Shown piece after piece: positions 56,282-64,000 of a stretch of DNA of 64,000 nucleotides (its first letter is position 1; the number at the start of each line of letters is the position of its first letter). Origin of the DNA: Eledone cirrhosa. Lineage: Eukaryota. The DNA lies in the NCBI GenBank assembly GCA_964016885.1, contig OZ024748.1:22072001-22136000 (forward strand). The letters run 5' to 3'. The notes beneath the pieces were generated by a model, which saw only the letters and a program-made list of their open reading frames with translations, ran no database searches and was not told the DNA's origin. Position numbers and translations under genes: made by a program.

Positions 56282-56920
56282 AGCGTATGTGTGTTGATGT
56301 AAGCGAGCGTGTATAAATATCAACACACTGATGTATATATGACAGACTTGGTTTCTACGTCAACCACATGACATACAACACTAAATATAATAGGAAACAA
56401 CAGTAAAAACACCACCACCACCACCATCACCACCATCACCGCCATCACCATCACCATCACCACCACCACCACCATCACCACCACCACCATCACCATCACC
56501 ACCACCATCAGCATCACTACCCCCACCCCCACCAATACCACCCCCACCACCACCATCACCGCCATCACCACCACCACCATCATCACAACCACCACCATCA
56601 TCACCACCACCACCACCACCACCATCACCGCCATCACCACCTTCATCACCACCATCATCACCACTACCACCACCACCACGACCACCACCATCACCGCCAT
56701 CAACACCATCACCACCACCACCATCATCACCATCACCACTACCACCACCACCAACACCACCACCACCACCACCACCACCACCATCACCACCACCACCATC
56801 ACCAACACCACCACCACTACCATCATCATCACCACCACCACCACCACCATCACCATCACCACCACCACCATCACCACCACCACCATCACCAACACCACTA
56901 CCATCATCATCACCACCAAT
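54690..56920. repeat. Compound microsatellites: (ATAC)n/(TA)n, then (CAC/CAT)n
   Basis: Direct reading. Similar large tracts at 6960-7935, 14820-15290, 17427-18150, 25180-25860, 35772-36420, 37358-39075, 43097-43590, 46720-47155 and 57055-57800. Confidence 0.95.
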
Positions 56921-57068
56921 CATAATATAAGACCACACAGAATGTTTAATGTAAAAGATTACACCACTACAAATATTATACATTGTCACCAACACTACGC
57001 CCTACCTATACTGACTTACCACTGCTCCACTTAAAATATGTGTGTACACACGCGTATATATATGTATA

Positions 57069-57212
<144 letters not shown>

Positions 57213-57267
57213 TACATATATATATACATATATATATATGTATATATATATATACATATATATATAC

Positions 57268-57355
<88 letters not shown>

Positions 57356-57484
57356 GCATACATATATACATACTATATATATATTTTGTATATATATGTA
57401 TGTATATGTAAATATATATATATTTATGTATATATATTTTATGTATACATATGTATATCTATTTATATGTATATGTATATATAC

Positions 57485-57536
<52 letters not shown>

Positions 57537-57574
57537 ATAAATATGTATGTATATATATATATATATATGTAAAT

Positions 57575-57627
<53 letters not shown>

Positions 57628-58207
57628 ACAGTGTCAACACAACACGATACTACTATCAAAATCAAATTTAGGACACTATCGAAAACACCACCACCGCCGC
57701 CACCACCACCACCGCCACCACCACCACCACCACACCACCACCACCGTCACCACCGCCACCACTACCACCACCACCACTACCACCACCGCCACCACAACAA
57801 CATTCAGGACTACCCTATATCATACTACGCTACAAACAAAACAGAAAATATTGGTTTGATAATGAAGGCAGACGGCGTGCAATTTTGAGGGAGATATATC
57901 GACCTCAGTATTTGACTGGTACTATATGTTTTATTCATCCGGGGAGGATGAAAGATAACTTTGGTTGAGCTCAGCGGGTTTTGAACCCAGAATTTAAAGA
58001 GCCGGAACAAACACTGCTTAGTTCAACGCTTAAACGGCTATTCCAATCCAAAGAACGAGTGGACAGCGTAACTTATTTGTAGTTAAATGATTTGCTAGAA
58101 ATAGCAGCAAATAACATAGTACCAAAAACGGGAAAGTGTGCAGCGAAGGATAATATAGAGAGATAAATATATACTATGATGGCATGGTCATATCTGGAAT
58201 GCTTTTA

Positions 58208-59141
58208 ATAATTGTTTCTACTTGTTGGCAAAAGGACAGCAATTTGATGTGAAAGAAAAAGTCGATTAAATTGACAAGGGTGTGTTTACTGGTACTTTAT
58301 TTTATTGACCCCCCCGTAAGGATGAAAGGTAAAGTTAACCTCGGCGGCATTTGAACTCAGACAGTAAAGTGCCGCAACCACATGGCACAAAGCATGCTGT
58401 CCGACGCTCTACCGATTATTGCCCATCCCCCACCATCAACGCCTATGATAATAATAATGATTTCTACTATAGGCACAAGGCCAGCATTACTAGTGCTTTA
58501 TTTTATCGACCCCGTAAGGATGAAAGGCAAAGCTAACCTCGGTGGGATTTGAACTCAGAACGTAAAGGGCCATAATTCTATGCCACTAAGCATGGCGTCC
58601 GACCCTTTACCGATACTGCTAATCCTCCACCAACAAGATCTATAATAATAATTGTTTCTATTTTTGGCAGACGGCCAGCAATCACCCAGTGCATTACTGG
58701 TACTTTATTTTATCGACCCCGTAAGGATGAAAGGCAAAGTTAACTTCGGCGGGATTTGAACTCGGAATGGCAAGGGCGGTAACTCTATGCGTCAAAGCAT
58801 GGCGTCCGACCCTCTACTGATACTGCCAATCCACCACCATAATAATAGGTCAACTCGATCAGTAATCTGTTGTTCGCCATAAACATTAACATGTTACAAA
58901 ATATTGCGTGGGAAATTCAAATTTTCTCGATAAACAAACCGGGAGTATTCTTCTGTTCTATTATTGGTTATTGTTCACTAGACTGCGGCCATGCTGGGGC
59001 AACGTTCTCAATTATTATATATTTAAATCTAGTACTTATTTTATTGTTCTCTATTTGTCGAACTGCTAGTTGCGGGAAATTAACAACAGCAATCGAACAC
59101 AGACACACACGTACATGCATACACGCACACACACACGCACA

Positions 59142-59202
<61 letters not shown>

Positions 59203-59766
59203 TCATATATATACGACAGACTCCTGCGCAATTTCTGTTAACCAAATTTTTCTCATAAGGCGTTCATCAAGCAGGGACTACTGTAGAAGACATTTGCCCA
59301 AAGTGCCACTCAGTAAAGATTAGATATAAAACCATCATGTTACGAAGTGGACTCCTAAACTATTCAGCCTTCCATTGAGAATTGAAAATCGGGGTTTCTA
59401 AATGTCTATATATTCGACTGAATCAGCACATGAACCCATAAGAAACATGTTAACTACATTGTTGACCACTGTAGCTTGGATGAATCGGTAGAGCGCCCGA
59501 CAAAATGTATTACTGTATCTATTTAAGGCACTTTACGTTCTGAGTTCAAATAACGGCGAGGTGAACTTTGTTAGAAATAATAATTATTATTATCAATTCC
59601 ATTAGAGGGTCGAACGCCATGCTTTCCAGCATAGTTACGTCCCTTTACGATCTGAGTTCAAAACCCGCCGAGGTTGACTTTGCCTTTCATCCTTACGGGG
59701 TCGATAAAATAAAGTACCAGTAATGCACTGGGTAATTGCTGGCCTTGTGCCTAAAGTAGAAACAAT
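58208..59766. mobile_element. SINE family A cluster: three minus copies in 58208-58840; plus copies 59470-59575 and 59604-59766
   Basis: Consensus matches. Confidence 0.82.
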
Positions 59767-60053
59767 TATTATTAATTCCATTAAGGATTAGAAATCAGAT
59801 TCAGATAGAAAATTGAATTAACTACTTGTTTGTTATTTATCAGTTACAAGACAAGGGACTGATTGGAAATTCGACAAGTGATAGATTGCATATATGATTG
59901 ATCTGGTATTGAATTAGTTTAAAAACAAAGGGGTTAAGATGATAAAGTTGTTTTTATTGTGTGTATGTATGTAAGGATATATGTGTATATGAACTAATGC
60001 ATTTCATATATACGTAGGTATACATATTGTAAAATAGAAATCATGTATTTGTG

Positions 60054-60092
<39 letters not shown>

Positions 60093-60167
60093 AAAATGGA
60101 AGGGGAACAAAATAGAGAGGCAGTACGAACAAAGGTTTATTAGTTTCACGCTCTTGAGATTGGGGGG

Positions 60168-60203
60168 GGGGGACGTTTCGGGCATAAGCCCTTCTTCAGG
60201 CGA
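60168..60203 (-). ncRNA. Minimal hammerhead motif, stem I disrupted
   Basis: CTGAAGA a GGGC ttat GCCC GAAA CG TC^, followed by a poly-C run. Confidence 0.6.
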
Positions 60204-60457
60204 AAAGTGTGTGGGCAGAGAGTTCCGAGGGTGTGTAGGGGAGTGGAGGAGAGACATTTAGAAAAAATGGGGGGAGAGAGGAAAGGGAGGAAACACGGTG
60301 GAAGGGGTACAAAAAAAAAAAATAAATAAAAATAAAAATAAACATGAAGATAAATATATATATATATACGAAATTGTCTAGACAGAGGTATCCATATGTG
60401 CATGTTTGTAAAATTACATAGGTACAATGGCATAAGAAGATCTGAGATCGATTCTTA

Positions 60458-60507
<50 letters not shown>

Positions 60508-61011
60508 ACAAGTTTTTTGACTTGCTATTCGAAAAATCGGATAGCAAATCAAAGAACTTGTGTTACTGCTCCTCATGAAAATTCCCAAATTTTATATTAG
60601 TGGAGCTGTCTTTAAGTTTTAATAGTGACTATCTTTAGGACTTTGGTTAACGTATACTTTTGTCTCACAATATAATTTATAATTTTACGTATTAATCAAT
60701 ATATATATATACGTGCTCAAGTATAGCTCTTTTTACAAAACGGTTTTTTTTCTATCTCAGGTAGACGACTGCCATTATCCACTTTTCTAAAAAACAAATC
60801 ATACACAAAACGCCAGCACCAACACTTTTGCAAGAGATGTCAACATGAATGGACCTGTTATTTTTATCTAAAGACATTTTTTCCAATTCCAACCCGCCCC
60901 TCCCCTCAATGTATTTTATTTCTCATTCTTTCTTCAGAAATAACAACACAAGCAGTACAGTATCTGCAAGGAATATATTAGTTTAACGCTTGAAATAGCA
61001 GGAAGAGGGTT

Positions 61012-61045
61012 TTAACGTTTCGGACTCTAGTCCTTTATCAGAAGA
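61012..61045 (-). ncRNA. Degenerate minimal hammerhead motif (G8A) in a diverged fold-back (60798-60935 / 61041-61157)
   Basis: tt CTGATAA a GGAC taga GTCC GAAA CG TT^ aa. Confidence 0.5.
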
Positions 61046-61173
61046 AAGAATGAAAAATTAGAAAGATTGAAGGGATGGGCGGGTGGAATTGGAAAAAATA
61101 TTTTTAGAGAAAAATAATAGGTCCATTCATGTTGTCCTCTCTTGGAAAACTGTTGATGCTGGCGTTTTGTGTA

Positions 61174-61260
<87 letters not shown>

Positions 61261-61619
61261 TATATAAGCAAGTATTGCACTCAAAAAAATATCGAAGTCG
61301 GCGAGAAAGAAGAGTAAGTATTTATATATATATGTATATAGTGTTATGAAGTTTACAGAGTTCATGGTTGTCAACTGCAATGGTCATCTGATATATGTTT
61401 AGTGTTTAGTGTTTATTAATGCATGTTGGTTATTGTTGACCAATATTTTGTTTTTGTTTTTTTGCCATGCTTGTGTTTTGGTAATATATCTATTAAAACG
61501 TGTTAATCATTTGGTACAATGCAAGTCTTTTGTTTTATATGATGCATATGGTCATGAATCTTGGGTAATGACCGAAAGAATATGATCGCGAATACAAGCG
61601 GCCGAAATGGTTTTTGGAG

Positions 61620-61957
61620 TAACGTCACTCAATAAAATGCGTAGCTCGGAAATTAGAAAGTCATTCCAGGTAGAGACGCTACCTCTCCGAATGGACAGAT
61701 TTTACGGGCAAAAACCAACAGGTAGGAGACCCAGGGGTAGACCCTGAACAAGGTGGTTGGATAACATCCATGAGCTTAGCTGGTCAGGCTTGGGGATCCA
61801 GCCGGATCAGTTGGAGATGGTTGCTTCTGACAGGACTCATCGGGGGGGGGGGATGTTGGAGGACTCTGCCTCTACGACCCTCTCAGGAATAAGTGGGCGA
61901 AGAAGAAGAAGAAGAAGAAGAAGAAGAAGAAGAAGAAGAAGAAGAAGAAGAAGAAGA
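61620..61957 (+). mobile_element. Decayed RTE-like LINE 3' end with (GAA)n tail
   Basis: KMRSSEIRKS.. and KPTGRRPRGRP*TRWLDNI..LEMVASDR. Confidence 0.65.
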
Positions 61958-62832
61958 CGAGTGACGAGTTTTTCATGTAATATACTTTCTATAGGCGGCG
62001 AATTAGAAATCGAATTCGAATTATTTCGAATTATTATGTTCCAGCTGATTGTGTTCTCAGTTCAAATGCTGCTGAGGTCAACTTTGACTTCCATCTTTTC
62101 TGAGATAAAGTCCCAGTCTAGTACTGAGATTAATTAATGATTCTCTTTCTCTCTCCGGAAGAAATCGACTGTCTTCCGACCTGGAGAGGGATGGGCTGCT
62201 AACGACGAAATGGCATGCCGTGTGTTAGGACGGCGTCCTTACGACTCCTGTGGGAGTTAAAGGTCCACTTTTACCTTCTTATATTTTCTGTGAGGTTTGA
62301 TGTTGGATGTGTGTAGTTTACACCCCCCCCCCCCCCCACACACACAGAGTAACTGCCACTAATAACCACTTCTTCCAGAAGAAGTGAATGAGAGGGGTCC
62401 TATGCGTTAGCTTAATTTGCTATATATAACAGTTAAGATTCGTTCAAATCACACCCTGCTATCTTAAAAAGCAGAACACATTGGACAAAAGTGGTCCATG
62501 ATATACAAAATATACAGGAAGTCTAACTGAACTGCCTTTGATAATGTTTTTGCTCGAACAGGCCTGACCTAGGGTTGAACAACAAAAACAACAGTGAAAA
62601 CAAATACAATGAATTAATCGAAAAGATAAGAGCGATAAGCAGGGTTGGATTAAGAGGAAATAATGTCCTAAGCTCAGTCCAACAATAGTACTCTCGACTC
62701 TCCCATTGTCTAACTGACAAGACGTTAAGACATAATAACTTCTGAATGTGAAATAATAGATTAAAAATTCAATATTCTCCCAGGTCATCTCAAGAGCAGA
62801 CCTCACACCTCTCTTCATCATTATAATCATCG

Positions 62833-62863
<31 letters not shown>

Positions 62864-62874
62864 AATCATCGTAG

Positions 62875-62932
<58 letters not shown>

Positions 62933-63310
62933 TATCACTATCATAATCACCACCATCATCAGTGTTTAACGTCTATTTTCCATGTTTGCATGGGTTAGAC
63001 GAACGATCACGTTATGAGGCCGGACAGTTCAGGTGAAATCACGCTCATATACTCTGTTAGTATCTTCATTTTCTACGGCTAGATGCTCTTCCTAACACCA
63101 TCCACCATACAGGATGGACCGTGAGCATCTTACAGGGTGGACTGGGTGTGCTGGATGTACCAGCAATTATGTTAATCCTAACATACTTTTAATTCTAATA
63201 TATTATTGAACATTAAATAAAATGTGAAATTTTGTGAATCTTTGTGAATCTTTGTGAAGCTACAAATGATTCTCAGTCACAAACACATACACACTCATAC
63301 ACATGATTAG

Positions 63311-63347
<37 letters not shown>

Positions 63348-63738
63348 AAAACATATATACACTCAAACATTACATACATGCATGATGATGACTGCAACTC
63401 GATTTCGAGTAATGCCATCGATTGATACTTAATCATGAGCATAACGGACGTGGCTTTTTTAGTCCTTGCCTATGGCCAACCATGCCATGCACCACAAAAT
63501 ATGTCACATATCAAGCGATGCCTGTGTTTGAATCTTTTTTAAGTGAGGAAAGGCTTTGCACAGGGCCAATTCCAATCTCTGAATATCGATTACATTTGCC
63601 CCAAAACATGAACTGGTCTACATCATTGGATTCAAACGAAGCTCTAGGTTTTATATCAGAGTGGCCTTCTCCTAGAGAGATGTCTTAATGAAGACTAGGA
63701 GTCTCTCGCTCCACAAAAAAAAAATATACATACATACA

Positions 63739-63769
<31 letters not shown>

Positions 63770-64000
63770 TTGGTGGCTGCCAACTCGTTTTCGAGTACGA
63801 CCACTACTTTATATCCATGTAGGAGAACTCCTACCGATGCGCTGAACGAGTGTGACTTTTTAGACCAGCCAGCGACTTGAAAACTCTGGTACAAACACTA
63901 CACCTGTGACAATTATTGACACATAGTGCTGGGCCCATGGTACCAAGTGACGACAAGTGCAGAGAGATCTCCAGATATAAAGCAATGCCTGTGCCGTGAA

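Noticed and set aside
56320-56995. Gly/Asp-rich and Val/Met-rich ORFs (also poly-Pro/Thr at 46603-47178)
   Set aside because: (CAC/CAT/CTA)n trinucleotide tracts with no exon signals or homology.

Overview
Animal genomic DNA, AT-rich and dominated by microsatellites and SINEs; the repeat landscape suggests an octopus or other coleoid cephalopod (inference). The only supported host coding sequence is one 262-bp internal exon of a hedgehog gene (9464-9725, minus strand, equivalent to exon 2 of Shh). I could not find exon 1 or exon 3, so the window is probably hh intron on both sides. Almost all ORFs in the ORF track are translations of (TA)n, (CA)n, (TATG)n or (CAC)n repeats. The introns hold about 20 copies of one tRNA-derived SINE, further SINE families, a 5'-truncated R4/Dong-clade retrotransposon in (TAA)n, RTE- and CRE-type fragments, and several minisatellites. 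The main hidden feature is a set of more than a dozen type I hammerhead ribozyme (HHR) motifs, some intact and some decayed. They belong to several unrelated sequence families and mostly sit in short non-coding fold-back modules inserted in (TA)n tracts, resembling non-autonomous Penelope-like pseudo-LTR elements. Highlights are a textbook HHR bracketing a 52-bp x ~35 minisatellite, a U3-A8 core variant inside a near-perfect 338-bp palindrome, and several motifs on the hh sense strand. All structures were folded by eye and none is shown to be active.
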